A stretch of 64,000 bases of DNA from Vitrella brassicaformis CCMP3155 (lineage: Eukaryota > Protista > Chromerida): NCBI GenBank assembly GCA_001179505.1, contig CDMY01000802.1, positions 197,553-261,552 of the forward strand. The letters are read 5' to 3'. Position 1 is the first letter of the stretch. Each line of letters begins with the position of its first letter. The position numbers and the translations under genes are program-made. Positions 48,580-61,711 of the stretch are shown here, one piece after another. The notes under the pieces are model-generated. The model saw only the letters and a program-made list of their open reading frames with translations. It was not told the origin of the DNA and searched no databases.

Positions 48580-50286
48580 GAGAGAGAGAGATCTGCTGTG
48601 CTATCCATTGTGTGCAGGAGGTTCCGACCTACCTGATGCCTCCCCGTCGGTGCCAGCTGTTTTGCCAGGCGCATGCCGAGTGCGAGCACTTCAGCAGCAG
48701 GTGGAACAGGTGCTCTGTGGAAGAAAGTCACCAAATGGGAGGAAGACCCGGATTTACCCGACCTTTCGGGGCCGAAGCTCTGCCCGCGGGACAAACTCAG
48801 TGAGCGAAAGGGGATGGATGTCGTGGGCGTGTTGTGTGACCATGTGTGCGTGTGCGTGTGTGTGTGTGTGTTCAGGCGAGGGCCTCTTATGCGACTCTGG
48901 TGGGCGACATAGAAGGAAGAAGAGACCACCCCTCATGTGTGTCTGTGTCTCTGTGTGTGTCGTCGGCCTGCAGCATTCTACCGTGAGCGATACACGCCCT
49001 TCTCCCTCTTCGTGCTCAAAGTCAAGAATGTCCGTGTGCCGCTTGGCGACTCGTGCCCTCTTGAAATCAACTGGCCGTCGCTCTCATGGATGGTTGCCGC
49101 CTTCGTGCTGCTGATCGGCTGCTTCACGGTCGCCTGTGTGTCGCGCGTGTACCATGAGAAGCGGACGAGCGTCTTGGCCGTCATGATTGCCGCCGTGTCC
49201 TGCTGGGATTTCATCACTGACTGGTGCGTGAGGGCGAGGTGGGTGGGGCACACGCAGCGGAGCACTCGTGATCATCTGTGTGTGTGGGGGTTGCATTCAC
49301 TGCACCAGTGCGTTTGTGGCGCGATCATATTCTGACGACGAGCGCATGATATGGGTGTTCTGGGCGGGGAGCTTCCACCTGTTGGCCTTGGTGCTGTCCA
49401 ACACGCTCACACTCATCTACATGACGCGCAGCAGAAACGAACAGGGGCACAACTTCCGTAAGTGACCACTTATCCACCCATCCACACACATATACACAGA
49501 TGGATCGACCGCTCCCTCCGTATGTGTGTGTTGAAGGTCGTTGGATGGACAAGAACCGACACGTGAACCACGCGGGGGTGCTCTTGGTGGCGACGAGCTC
49601 ATTTCTGCACCTGGGAGTGCTTCACCTGTTCGCTTCTCGGCTGTTCGGGTGGACACTGTTCTCTCTGCGCGTCAAGACCAAGTCCTTTCTCACACTGGAG
49701 GTCCTCACTCTCCTCGGTCAGCCAGCCGATTTGCAGGGCGAGGAGGGAGGGAGGGGAACAGATGAACTGACTGTAATGATTGCCATGCGTGTGTGTCGTC
49801 TCTGTGCGGTGCTACCCATTCCATTCACAGAGGATGTGCCGCAGGTGGCTTTGCAGGCCTACGTGTTGCTCAACCAGTCAGGAACAGGCAGCATCCCATC
49901 AGGTATGCCGATCGATGGACGGATGGACGGATGGATGGATGAATGGATGAATGGACGGGCTGGACCACCCATTTCCCCAAAGCCCTGACGCACCATCCGT
50001 CATTTCTCCCTGTGTGTGTGTGTGTGTGTCAGTGACTCTGGTGTCGCTGCTGACGTCGGTCTTTCAGATCCTCAAGCTGCTGCTGTTCCTCCTCCGCTAC
50101 GCCCTGCACTCGGTCCTGCCATCCGTCGCCATGAAGGACGGCAACAGCAGCAGCAGCATCAGCACCAAGCCCATCACAGGCACACCCACGGCGACCGAGC
50201 CGTCCACCTCACACGCACCTTCATCGGTGGCCTTCGTCGTCACGACACAGACCACCAGCGGCGGCGAAAGTGACGCAGACGAGTGA
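47147..50286 (+). CDS. Signal peptide, three PAN/apple-like domains and XK-related-like multipass membrane region; frameshift near 48714
   Basis: LWLLLLVLLSSRSACA; CAKACQENQDCKAWSF; CQQACIDMIECRFFTH; CQLFCQAHAECEHFS...SGPKLCP; TM segments with WDFITD, LFASRLFG and LLEDVPQVALQAYVL; stop at 50286. Confidence 0.8.
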
Positions 50287-51740
50287 CGTGACGCCTGGGG
50301 TGGTGTGTGTGGGAGGGGCGGAGTGGGACGGGACGGCTTTATTTGTGTGGTGGCTTTGTTTCGCGTGTGAGTTGTTTGTGGTCCGTCCGGAGTGACCGAA
50401 CGTTCGTCCTCGTGTGGGTTTTATTTGTGTGTGGTGTTTGTGGTCGTCCGGAGTTGGCTGGCTATTGCCACGTGTCGGTTTGTGAGCGTACTCTGTGAGC
50501 TTTTGACACCTTGGTTTTGGGCTGGTGCGTTGGTTGGTTGGCTGCGTGTGTGTGTGTGTGTGTGGATATGGTGTCGCCGGCCATTTCTTTTCACTGCCGA
50601 TGTGAGTGGTCGCTGTCTGTCTGTCTGTCTGTCTGTCTGTGGCTCTTGAGGTGCCATCCCTCCCTCGGTGCCTTCATTCTCTCTCCGCTGGATTGAGCTG
50701 ACTCTGCAGAAGTGCATGTGTCGGTGCACACTACACTCTCGCTCTGTCTGTGTGTGTGTCCGTCTGTCTGTCTGTCTGTCTGTGGCACTGTGCGTGTTGT
50801 CGGCCGGCTGGATCATGCATTTCCCTCCCTCGCTTTGTCCGTCCGTCTGTAGTGTCTGTCGCGGTTTTGTCAAGTATATCCAGGCGTACTTGTCATGATG
50901 TGGTGCGTGTGGTAGTATAAGCGTGGATGGAATGGCTGCATTCGTGGTTGAGCCCATCGGCTGTCTTCGTGTGTGGCATGTTTATTATATGGATGGACGT
51001 GAGAGCCAGCTGAGCTGCATCGTTTGCCGTGCTTACTGGAGCAGCAGCCAGCCAGCCGTGCTTGCTGCATCGTCTGCCTGTCCGAACGAACATGTACCTT
51101 CGTGTCAGTCAGCCGGTAGGCTGATCCCTCTCTCTCTCTGTGGTGTGTGGGTGTGTGTATGCAGCGGGCAGTTAGTGCTGTCTGCTGTCCTGCCTGGGCA
51201 CTGCCGCTTTTTGATGCAGTCAGTCAGTCAGTGTTTAAGATTGAGAGCCAGCCAGTGATTCCTTCCCTTCATGCTGTGGGTGCGGTGGATGGGATGTACC
51301 GTAGACTCATTCATTCGTGTGCCCTGGGTGTGTGCGAGCGCGCACCCCTGGGTGTGCAGTGCAAAAGCACCGCGTGGGCGGCTGCTGTGTCGAATCGGAG
51401 GTCTTATCGGGGACCACTTGGTTGGTTGGTTATTGTTTAGCGCTCTGCATGCTTTGCTACATGCATGACATTGCGGGGGGGGATACCTCTGCAAGCTCTG
51501 CAAGCTAAGCGTGCAGGATCTCCGTCTTTCAGCGCCAAATCGAAAAGCCCCGATATGCTATCCGCGGTGGCTATCCGCGAATTCCGTAAACGACCATTCA
51601 ACGCTCCTTCTGGGCAGCAGGGGCAGTGGCACGCGCCTGCTGATCTTTTTGGTGCCATGCACAACGGATCCAACGCCTTTGTCCAGGGCACTCATCGAGG
51701 GTGCCGATCTGACCTGATCTGACACGTCTGGGCGAGGAGA

Positions 51741-54115
51741 ATGACAAGCATGGCGGTGGTGGTGTGTCCCTTGGTCGGCTTGTTGATCGCTGTGCTTGTG
51801 CCCCGTGCCGCCGAGTGCTATCGAATGGAGCCTGACCGTGAGCAACAGGATGAGGGAGGGAGGCCGCGCTATCCATGGGCGACGCTCTCTGCTGCTGCGT
51901 GTGTGTCTGTGTGGCTTCTTCCGTTGCCTGTGTCCATCCATCAGAGGGTGAGGCCGTGAGCAACAGGATGAGGGAGGGAGGCCGCGCTATCCATGGGCGA
52001 CGCTCTCTGCTGCTGCGTGTGTGTCTGTGTGGCTTCTTCCATTGCCTGTGTCCATCCATCAGAGGGTGAGGCATCCGCGACGGCGGTCGCTCCTCCGACT
52101 GCGTGTCGCCCGACAACGTCACCGTCGCTCCCGCGCCTGGGGCTTCATGCTATGAGTGGTAAACAGAGTGACTGACACACGGACGGGACGGGAACAGCAG
52201 GTCGGTCCTGCAAGGCAAGTTGGTCGACTGATGGCTGCACGTAGGGATTATGACTACGAGGGGCACAATTTGACAGCCATCATCGAGCGCAAGGGGCTGG
52301 GACACATGGTCAGTCAATCAATCACTTAATTCATCACTTCACACAGGCGATTGAATCCCCCACCCACTGGACTGGATGGCTTGCCTGTCTGCCTGCCTGC
52401 CTTGTGAGTGCGGTGCAGGTTGCGCGGCCATTGTCAGTCATACTCTCGCACCATGTCATCCCCACACACACTCGGACACGCACCCTCTCTCTCCTCCCTC
52501 TGTGTGTGTGTGTGAGTGCAGCGACTGTGCACGGGGCTGCGAAGCGGAGCCCGCGTGCATGGCGTGAACCTACTCCAAGAAGCTGGGCTGCTACATCAAA
52601 TCCTCCGACGCCGGCAGGCGGCACGTGCCGCCAAACGATCAGAACTACTTCGTCAGCGGCAAAAAGTACAGCTACGACTGCGACAGAGGTTTGCATACAC
52701 ACCACACTACACCCTCTCTATCAGAGAGAGGTTGACGGATGAATCGATGGGTGGGTGCAGGCGGGCTCGTGTCGCCGTGCTATGAGTACAACGTGGCGGG
52801 GCTGTTCGTCACGCCCCGCAGCCACAACAGGATCGGCATCGAGAACACCACCACCGAGGGCTGCCATGACATCTGCAAGGGGGTCAGACACACACACACA
52901 CACACACACGCACACAGCTGGTTTCCACACGTGACTGTCCTGTGTGTTGGTGTGCAGATTCCCGGTTGTCTGATGTTCACCTGGTTCCACAAGTACCCCC
53001 GTGACCAGAAGGTCGTCGACGGCGTGTGCTTCCTATTCGGCAACAAAGACAGAAAAATCTGCCACCCAGGCGCCGTACGCTACAAACCACACATCCATCC
53101 ATCCATCAATCCATCCAGCTGTGTGGGTGTGTGTGTGCAGGTGACAGGATGGGTGGAGTCCCATGACTGCGGCCCCCAGGAGGGCTCATCCTTCCCTCCC
53201 CCGCCGCTGCCCCCAATGACGCACGACTGGCAGCACCTCTCGCCGGCAGACCCCTCGCTCTACTACGGCCTCCCCACCGACCCTGACTCACGAGCTCTCG
53301 GCAAGAAGGGCAGCAGAGGGGAGCGGAGCTACCACAGGGGCGACTTGGGAGCTCCGCCTTACCTGACCAAGGAGCTGAGGTACCAGGTCCGCTTCAACGA
53401 GCTGGCGAGGAAGCAGAACGAGAACTGTGGATGTTACCACTTGGTGGGGACACACAAACACACACACACGCACACACACACACACACAGAGACGGACAGA
53501 CAGACAGACTCACACACAGAGTCTGTCTCATGTGTGTGGTGGCTGTGTGTGTTGTCTACAGGGGGTGCAGCCTGACCCCAGCACCGCTGTCGTGCTTTCC
53601 AACATGCAGCTGTGAGCGACCACACACGAATGGAGTGCCCACACACAGACACACACAACGATTGCAAGTATGTCTGTGGCTGTGCGTGTCTGTGCAGCTT
53701 GTACTTTCCTCCCGAGCAATGTCAGAGCCTTTGTCAGGCGGACCGGGAGTGCGATGCCTTCAGCAGCATGCGCTTCCAGTGCCTCCTGTGGAAAAACGTC
53801 ACACGATGGTCACTTGACCAGGTGGAACCCATATCCATCAGTGGGCCCAAGTGGTGCCCCGGCGCACTCCTTGGTAAGGGGGGCGGATGGCCGGGTGGTG
53901 GTTCGGTTTCTTACCAACACAGGCAAAGCATCATTACTTTCGTGTGGTGTGTGTGTGATTGTGTGGTTTTCAGAACAAGGGTATGTGTGTGGGGTGGAGC
54001 ACTATCGGCAACGTTTCACCTCGCTAGCGTTGCTCCTCCTGCGGGTACCCGACGTCACAATGCCATACGGCCAACCCTGCTCTTTTGAGGTCAGCGGCGC
54101 ACACACACAGACACA

Positions 54116-54149
<34 letters not shown>

Positions 54150-55833
54150 TGAGGTCGTATGAGTGCATTCACCATGTGTGTGTGGGCTGTGCGTTGTGCA
54201 GATCGACAGCCGTCCCTTGGTTGCCGTGTTGATTGTGGTGATGGTGGTTCTCTTGAGCGTCGGTCTCGCATACCACAGCAAGAAGCGCCACTCAGGCACC
54301 GTAATCTGGCGAGTTGTCGCGGCGGTCCTGGCTGGACTCGCATCAATCGTCCACAGTGAGCTCACACCCAGAGAGAGAGAGAGAGACAGAGAGAGAGAGG
54401 AATGGGTGGCTGATGGTTCTGTCCGTGTGTGTGGTGTGCAGTTGTGTTTGTGGCGTCTCTGTTTCGGTTCGGCAGCGGAGCCGGTCTGGTGTTTTGGGTC
54501 GGCTGTGCGCACTTCCTCTTCCTCATCCTCTTCAACGAAGCCAGCGTCGTCATTGTCAATCTCGCATGGGTAAGTATGTGAGTGCTGGTTGATCCTTTTC
54601 ACTCACACACACAAACTGCGCGTGTGTGTGTCCGTGTGTGTGTGTGCTGTGCAGGTGACACGGCACACGACGTACCGCACTCTGTTCCAGCACCGGCACA
54701 AGCCGGCCAAGGTGACGACGCTGGCAGACATCCGTGTGGACGACAAGGCCACCACCACCATGGCCACCCCCACCCCTCTGCCAACGCCACCCCCCAGCCG
54801 CAGCACGTCGGCCGTCAAAAAGGGCTTCACCACTGAAGCCTCATTCCAACACCAGCAGCATGATGACGAGCATCAGCACCATGCGCACGAGCCCAAGGAT
54901 CAGACAGATGACGTCTGCCTGTCGGGCGCCATAGCCGCGCCGTCCTTTCAGATGCACATGCACATGAACGCTCCCCCAGAGGCCGATTCGTCCCGGTGCG
55001 TCTTCCCCTCCATCCTTCAAGCGCTCAAGGCCCATCCCAGCGCTCCAATCGCCGCTGAAAGCAGCCCAGACTCACCACCTCCACTACTGCCGCTGCCAGT
55101 GCCGCAATCCCTGCCTGCTGCCAGCCACGCCGCCACGCTAGAGCAACGAGCAGAGAAGCCCCCCAAGCCGACCCTTTCGGACATCCATGAGGACTCCCAG
55201 AGAACCACCCTGGCACCAGAAACAGGCCGCTCGACCTTCTGCCCATTCACCACATCAGCCTTCGAGCCCGCCACCAGTGCCACTCCCACTGCAACCGAGG
55301 AGAAAAGCGTCGAGCGCGAGAGCAGTGTTGCCAGCAAAGCAGCGGAGGGGGACGGGAAGCGCGGCGTGCGGTGGGGCAGGGCGCTCACTCAGGATGAGTG
55401 GGAGGGCGAGGAGGAGGCCCGCGCTTTCGGCCCCATGTTCGTGTCCGTCCTGTTCGGCTCGTTTCTCAGCGTGGGGGTGCTGCACGTGTGCTGGAGCTCC
55501 CTCTTCTCCCTGCCCTTCTTCTCTATCCCTGTGTCGGCCACCGCTTTTGAGACCTTTGAGCTGCTGTCCCTCGTCGGGGATGGGCCCTTCCTCGCCATTC
55601 AGGTGCGTATGTGGGGGGGTGGATGGCACACACCGGGACTGATTTGTGTGTGTGTGTGTGTGCCTGTGTGTGTGCAGCTGCTGACAGTGTTCTTGAGCAG
55701 CCGTGACGGGTACTTTGCGGACTCGGTGCCGCCGGTGGCGCTGGCAGCGATCCTCCTGTCAGCGGGCAACATAGGGGGTGTGGTGGTGCGGTTCGCATGG
55801 TCTCGGATCAGACGAGCCACCAAACACAAATAA
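51741..55833 (+). pseudogene. Paralogous PAN/apple plus multipass membrane protein with an in-frame TGA and a 5' tandem duplication
   Basis: Signal peptide; CARGCEAEPACMA*TY (TGA at 52565-52567); CHDICK|IPGCLMFTW; CQSLCQADRECDAFS...SGPKWCP; TM segments and VGDGPFLAIQ; stop at 55833. Confidence 0.75.
51837..52072 (+). repeat. 118-bp tandem duplication (two copies, one mismatch)
   Basis: cgtgagcaacaggatgagggagggagg...ccatcagagggtgaggc at 51837-51954 and 51955-52072. Confidence 0.92.
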
Positions 55834-57655
55834 CACACACAACACATGTGACACATGACATAGTCAGTCAGTTGTTCCTTTGTTCCTGCGCTGCGCTGCG
55901 CGGTCTCTCTATCTGTCTGTCTGTCCACCGTTGCCCGTGTTTGTGCGTATGAGTGTATGCGTGTTTGTGTGCGTGTCGAATGAATGGCGTTTTATTCATT
56001 CATTCATGCGATTCGTGGGTGTGGGTGTGTGTCTGCCTTGTCTGTCTGCCTGTATGCGCGTGTGCGGTGAGAGCTTTGCTGTGTGCTTCGTACGTACGTG
56101 CAGATGCCGGCAGTTTAAGTGACTGAGTGAGGTTTTCTTCCTTCATCTGTGTGGCTGGCGTGGTGTCGCATGTTGCCCGTCCGTCCCTCCATCCGTCGTT
56201 CGTGTCGGTCTGTCTGCCTGTCTGTCTGTCTGTCTGTCAGTATTTCTTGTTGGCATGTTGTGTTGGCGTACTTTACCTCTCCGAATGAGTCAGCCAGCTG
56301 ATGGCTTTCCTGGCGTGGTCTGGGGCGGCGTGCAAGTCTCTTCGATTGTCATGTCAGTGTGGATGTGTTGATGTGGGTGGATGGAGCCGTGCACATGCAG
56401 TGCTGCTGACCTACATGGATGCATGGGCCCATGCAGGAAGGACTGACGAAAGGCCGGCCCGCCATACGATACGTTCGGTCGGCCACGCGTACGTTCGTTT
56501 GTTGGCGTGACGCAGATTGCGGGCGGAAGGGGCAGGTAGGCAGGAAGTCGAGATTTTTCCCTCCTTGGGCCTGCTTGGAGTTAGGAATGAATTCGATGTC
56601 CGTTCTCCCTCTCTGTGTGTGGGTGTGTGTGTCGTGTAAGTCGGATTTTCTGACGTCTTTGTAGGGAGCGAACCGGGGAGTGAGCTGGTGAAAGCGCGAC
56701 ATACATACACACATGCGTGGGCGGGATGACTGGATGGAAAGATGAGGCTGGAGATGGGCACATCTGTAGGGCCCTCTCCGCGTAGCTGTCCTCTTCCCCT
56801 CCCTCTCTCTCGTCCTCGGCGTCTGTGTGCATCTGTGTGAACACTGCGATGCGTGTGGGGTGGGAGCAGTGAGTGAGAAAGCAAACATTTCCTGCAGTTT
56901 TTGCTTGCATTTCACGTGGACACGTGAGTGGGTGGGTGCCTTCGTCCTTGTAGACATAATGGATCGGATCAAACAACTTTACACGCGCACACACACACAT
57001 GACAGCACTGAGTGAGTGGCCGGCTGCTGTGGGTGGGTGCAGTGACTGTCTCTAATGTAAGGCAGGCCAGACCTCGTGTGGACGAATCCGAGCTGCTCCG
57101 AAACAAGTGCGCGTGTCTGTGTGATGCAGTGGGTGTATGTATCTGTGTGATGTGATGCTGCTCAAGTGACGTACGGAGTTGGTTTGGGGATGTCTGACTG
57201 GGTGACTGACTGGTGGTGCGGGTGCGGGGCGGGGAAGGAAGGGTGTGGTGTGTCGTCTGTTTGTCGGACGGACGGGACAGCGCGAATGAAATGGAGTCAA
57301 TGCTGGATGGCAGCCGCTCCTCATTGGCCCTTCAATTAAGGCATGGAAGCAGTACCGAAAGAAGTGCCGCACGACAGAGAACCACACACACACACACACA
57401 CACATACACACATGCATTCACACGCGCATACACCCACGTATAATCAATACTACAAAAAATGGGGCTAGATAGATACAGAGAGAAGAAACACACCCATAAA
57501 CCTTAATGACGTCCTGTTCTCCACACCGATAGACTATGCCTCCACAAATCTAACGAGCAGCGACCGACGAACACGCCAGGTCGCCCTCACTGCAGCCAGC
57601 CGCTGCCCGCATACACACCTGTCTCTGTCTGTTTCTCTGTCTCTCTGCGCTCGCT

Positions 57656-58094
57656 CTATCCGCTCAGCGCTTCCACCACGCCAACGAGCACTCCGGCTGT
57701 GCGAGGATACATCTCACCCACAGTCTTCCCTGCCCACACCATCCGCTCCGTCGTCCTGACCTCGGGAGGGTCCTGTGTGCCTGACAGCCCCAGCCCGACA
57801 TAGACTGCAAACTCATCGGTCGCCTTGCACCCACACAGGATCACCATCTTCACACGCCGGCCGCCCCCTCCGCTCTCACACGCGTCCACCAGGCGACGGC
57901 CTCCCCAGGTGACGCCCCCCGCCTGGCCGATGCTGTCCTTCAGCCGCTGCTGGTCGGCCACCGGGATCAGGTCACTGACGTCGTGAGGAATCAGGGAGGC
58001 GTCAGACGCCGCTGAGACCAAATCGCTGCGCGATAGAAAGACCAGGTCCGTGAAGGATGCAGCTACCAGGTTGCAACCTAGGTTGCAACGCACA

Positions 58095-58127
<33 letters not shown>

Positions 58128-59241
58128 GGTCACGAGAGAGAGCGTGTTCCCGGTGTGTGTGTGTCGACGTGGCTGACATACACTGAGTGGGAGGGTCCGA
58201 TGCGTTGAAGTCGATGGCCAGGGGGATGCTGGCAGGCATCGTGTCGGGGGTCAGAAAGGTGATTGGTCGCGACATCATCGGCGGCCCGAGGCGGTCTTGC
58301 CCCGCGACACGGCTCAGGCGACTGTGCGGACTCATCCACGTGAATCGGTGGCTGAAGAGCGAGTACTGCCGCACAGCATCGGGCCGAGAATCAAACACCG
58401 CCCTGCTGCCGACTCGTCGCAGATCGTCAGCCGAGACGGTGATGGGCAGTGAGAGGATGAGGTGGGAATTCTTGATGAAGTAGATGAGCGGCACGGAGCG
58501 CTCCCAACAGCCGCCCTCCTCGATGACGTACAGGAGCCGCAAGAGATACTCAGGATGGCTGATGCTCTTGCCACCGTCGGCAAGCGCCCCACGCACTTCG
58601 CTCCACAGGTACATTCTGTCGGCCCTTGATCCCGTCACCGCTGACGTCACCATAGCCCACGCACGGCGCGCAGAGGGAGCGATGTTGGCCGCCATAAATC
58701 TGAAGGCGGCCACCGGTAGGAGTGCAAGTGCCAGCAGGGAGGGGTGGCGTCCTAGGAAGGTGCCGAAAGCCGTACCAAAGGCGCATCCTCCTCTGATGAG
58801 AAGAAACCACACCACGGGGAGCACCAGCATCGCGTACCGTGGTCCAAACAGCTGGACCACGAACGTCCGTGCGAGCCTCAGAGAGGCCCCACACACCCGA
58901 AAGAGAGCAATGAGGGCCGCCACAGCCGCGAGGATGGTTACAAGATGGACCAGCCAGGGAAGAAACACGAACCCGGCGGCCGGCACATGCTGCGCGAGGT
59001 ATTGCAGGGCCGTCTGTGGGCGCCTTCTGTAGGTCAGCACGCCACTGAGGCCCTTGTTGCAGATGGCAGTGTCGAGCCGGGCCGTCAGGTAAGCCTTCTT
59101 GATGAGACGGCAGCCGACGGTCTTCGAAGTGGCTCGCAGGGCGCCGCAGCTGTCTGCTGTGAGCCATCCCAACACCTCACCCGTGACGTCCCTAGGCAGG
59201 CGGGTCAGACGACAGCGCGGCATGACCGAAGGTCGCCTCAT
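57656..59241 (-). CDS. Two-exon lineage-expanded family protein with F-box-like N-terminus and an internal hydrophobic block
   Basis: LTRLPRDVTGEVLGWL...LRATSK; YLLRLLYVIEEGGCW; last exon KMVILCG...DEFAVY...RTTE; 387-aa first exon; stop at 57656. Confidence 0.7.
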
Positions 59242-59346
59242 GGAAGGATAACTTCAGGCCCAAGCACAAGATCAGAAACACTTTAAGCCCCCCTTCGCGC
59301 CTCAGGCAGACACAACAGCCGATGGATCTTTGGATCCAACAGCGCC

Positions 59347-61175
59347 ATGGAAGCCACTAGCCGCATCCCTCTCCTTCGCAGCCTTTGCTCCCTGGTGCCG
59401 CCGTCCCTGCGCGTCATGAGAGCCTCGAGGAGGCGGGAGACCAGCTCATCCGAGCAGAAGAGGCCGCCAGGGGCAAGACCATCGGCATGCGTGTGTTTGC
59501 TGCCATCGTTGTCTCGGTTGGGCTCGTGTGCATGACTATCGGCGTCGCCATCGGCCTGTCCATGACAACTCTCACCAACAATACGTCGGTCGAGCGACCT
59601 GTCGCGGAAGCATACAACGACACAAACACGGCGATGCAGCTGTCATTCGTGAGCAGCCCCGTCAGCACTGGCCATCAGCGCCGGGCCGTGTGTGAGGCGG
59701 GCGAGTGGGAGGCGCAGCAGCATGACAACAGCAAGGACGACCAGAAAAACTACCATGGCCTCCCTGGGCCAGCTGCGGGTGAGGCTGCGGGGCACGCAGC
59801 TGATACCAATGATGACGTCAGGAGCAAGGCGCCATTGGGCTACGGTGGGCAGGTGAGGGGCAGATCCACACCAAAACAGGTCAAACAGGAAAGATGTCGT
59901 GTGTACTCGTGTCCTATATGGGTGTGCAGGTTACCTTGTTGTTGGCGTTGGCGCTCGCCGCATTCTCTGCGTATCAGGTGAGAAGGAGTGATACATGTCC
60001 TCAAGCTCATTCGGACATATGTGGCTGCAGGCTGCCCAGGTACAAGCGCTCAAAACGTCAAACGATCAGGTAAGACGCACGATCCGTCAATGCATTGTCG
60101 CACTCCTGCCTTCTTCTGTTGACCACTGTGACCACTGTGCACGCAACTATGCCTCGCCGTAAATGCATGCAGCTGCGCACGCACGTGGACACCAATTTGC
60201 AGCAACACGCTACTAAGGTCAGATCGAGATGGGCGAAAGACACGGACTGACATGCACGCAAATGCCCTCTCTCTCTGCTGTGTGTGTTCAGCTTCAGGAG
60301 CAGCAGGCCCTCATCGAATCCAATCAGACAGCCGCACAGAAGAACACACAGGAGGTGACATGACAAAGTCACACACTCAGCCGAAGACGTGCACTTGCTG
60401 TGCCCGATATATTTGTCCAGCTGGGCGAGGCCATCCGCAAAGAAATCCGCGCGCAGGTCTACTCCAATGCGCACATGCTTATGCAGACTGGCTGTGTATC
60501 TTCTTGCCTCTGTGTGTGGATATTGCAGTGCCTTTGGGCTGATTCGCTTCTCACAATCGGCCAGTACGTGGCCATGTGCAACTGGCTGGGCGGCAAGCAG
60601 CTCAACGTCATCTACAAGTAAAGGGCAAAGCACACATTGTAATACTAGCAGCACAGTAGGAGCACGTGTGTGTCAGGTCATCGCGGGACGGCGCCACATA
60701 TGGTGATTTGCTCCGCTGCGTTGGCGACAAGACCGGCCTGGTGTTCATCATCAAGAAGGACATATATCTGTTCGGCGTGTATATTAGTGCCGGTCTGCTG
60801 CTGCCCGACAAGCCGATCAACGGCTGCAGCACATACGACTGTGATGTGCGGTATTTCTCATTGGCCGGCCACTTCGCCACGCCGACCAAGATCGACATAG
60901 CATGGGAGTGGAGGGAGCTGTATGTGGATGTGGCGGGGAGGAAGGGGAGTGTTGGTGATGGTGCGAATGTGTACATCGGCGGGGGTCTGTTTTTGGGCTA
61001 CGGCGGCAGCCACCAGCCTGCTGCCGACATCCGAAGCTGCCACCAGTGGACCTACAGCAGCGATGTGCCTGAGGGCTACATGGGAAAGAGGGGGGGATAT
61101 AGCGATGCTTTCTTGGGTGGGGCGCTGGACTTCATGGCTGATGAGATAGAGGTGCTGCATGCGGTGGGGCAGTGA
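59347..61175 (+). CDS. Transmembrane, coiled-coil and TLDc protein
   Basis: TM segments VFAAIVVSVGLVCMTIGVAIGL and VTLLLALALAAFSAYQ; series of small phase-0 exons (AAQVQALKTSNDQ, LRTHVDTNLQQHATK and others); TLDc NWLGGKQLNVIYK|SSRDG...FSLAGHF...FMADEIEVL; stop at 61175. The start is ambiguous: 59347 needs a 1-nt correction, otherwise 59487. Confidence 0.8.
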
Positions 61176-61546
61176 GCGAGGGAGAGAGATGTGTCTGGGT
61201 GTATGTGCCTCTTGCAGTGTCTTTTTTCGACCTATCTCGTGTGGTCTTCGTGTGTGCGTCTGTGTGTCTCACTCGGTGCCGCAGGAGGCGCATCGCTGCG
61301 TTGTGGCACACTGTGTGGGTGTGGTGCCGTCTTTCTCCCTTAATTCTATCAACACGTGCTCCTGTGTGTGTGTGCTCTTTTTCCTGCCGATATGGGTGGC
61401 AGCGAGGCGATCATTCATTTTGCTGACTTTTTTATGCGTGTCGTGATGGGTGTGTTGTTTGTCTGTACCATAGGTGGCTGTCAGAACGATGGTTATACCA
61501 CCTTTTTGAGTCAGCCAGGCATGCAGCCACGACCAGCCCAGGGAGG

Positions 61547-61711
61547 GTCTACAGCCACTGTCTGCCTGCGGGCTACTTGGGAGTGAGGGATCAATATGGC
61601 TACGCTGTGTTAGGTGGGTCAGAGTACTTGACGGCTGACGAGCTAGAGGTGCTGCACCTGGTGCACGCGCAGTACGTGGCCTGTCAGGATCGATACGGTT
61701 TTATCACATAA
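61547..61711 (+). pseudogene. Orphan TLDc C-terminal fragment
   Basis: VYSHCLPAGYLGVRDQYGYAVLGGSEYLTADELEVLHLV. Confidence 0.75.

Noticed and set aside
35775-52567. Stop-codon reassignment (TAG/TGA at Trp positions)
   Set aside because: TAG, TGA and TAA all terminate intact genes in this window, and the two cases are single-base changes from TGG in genes with other lesions.
55834-57655. ORFs of 60-207 aa between convergent genes
   Set aside because: Low-complexity UTR-like sequence with no motifs or consistent exon structure.
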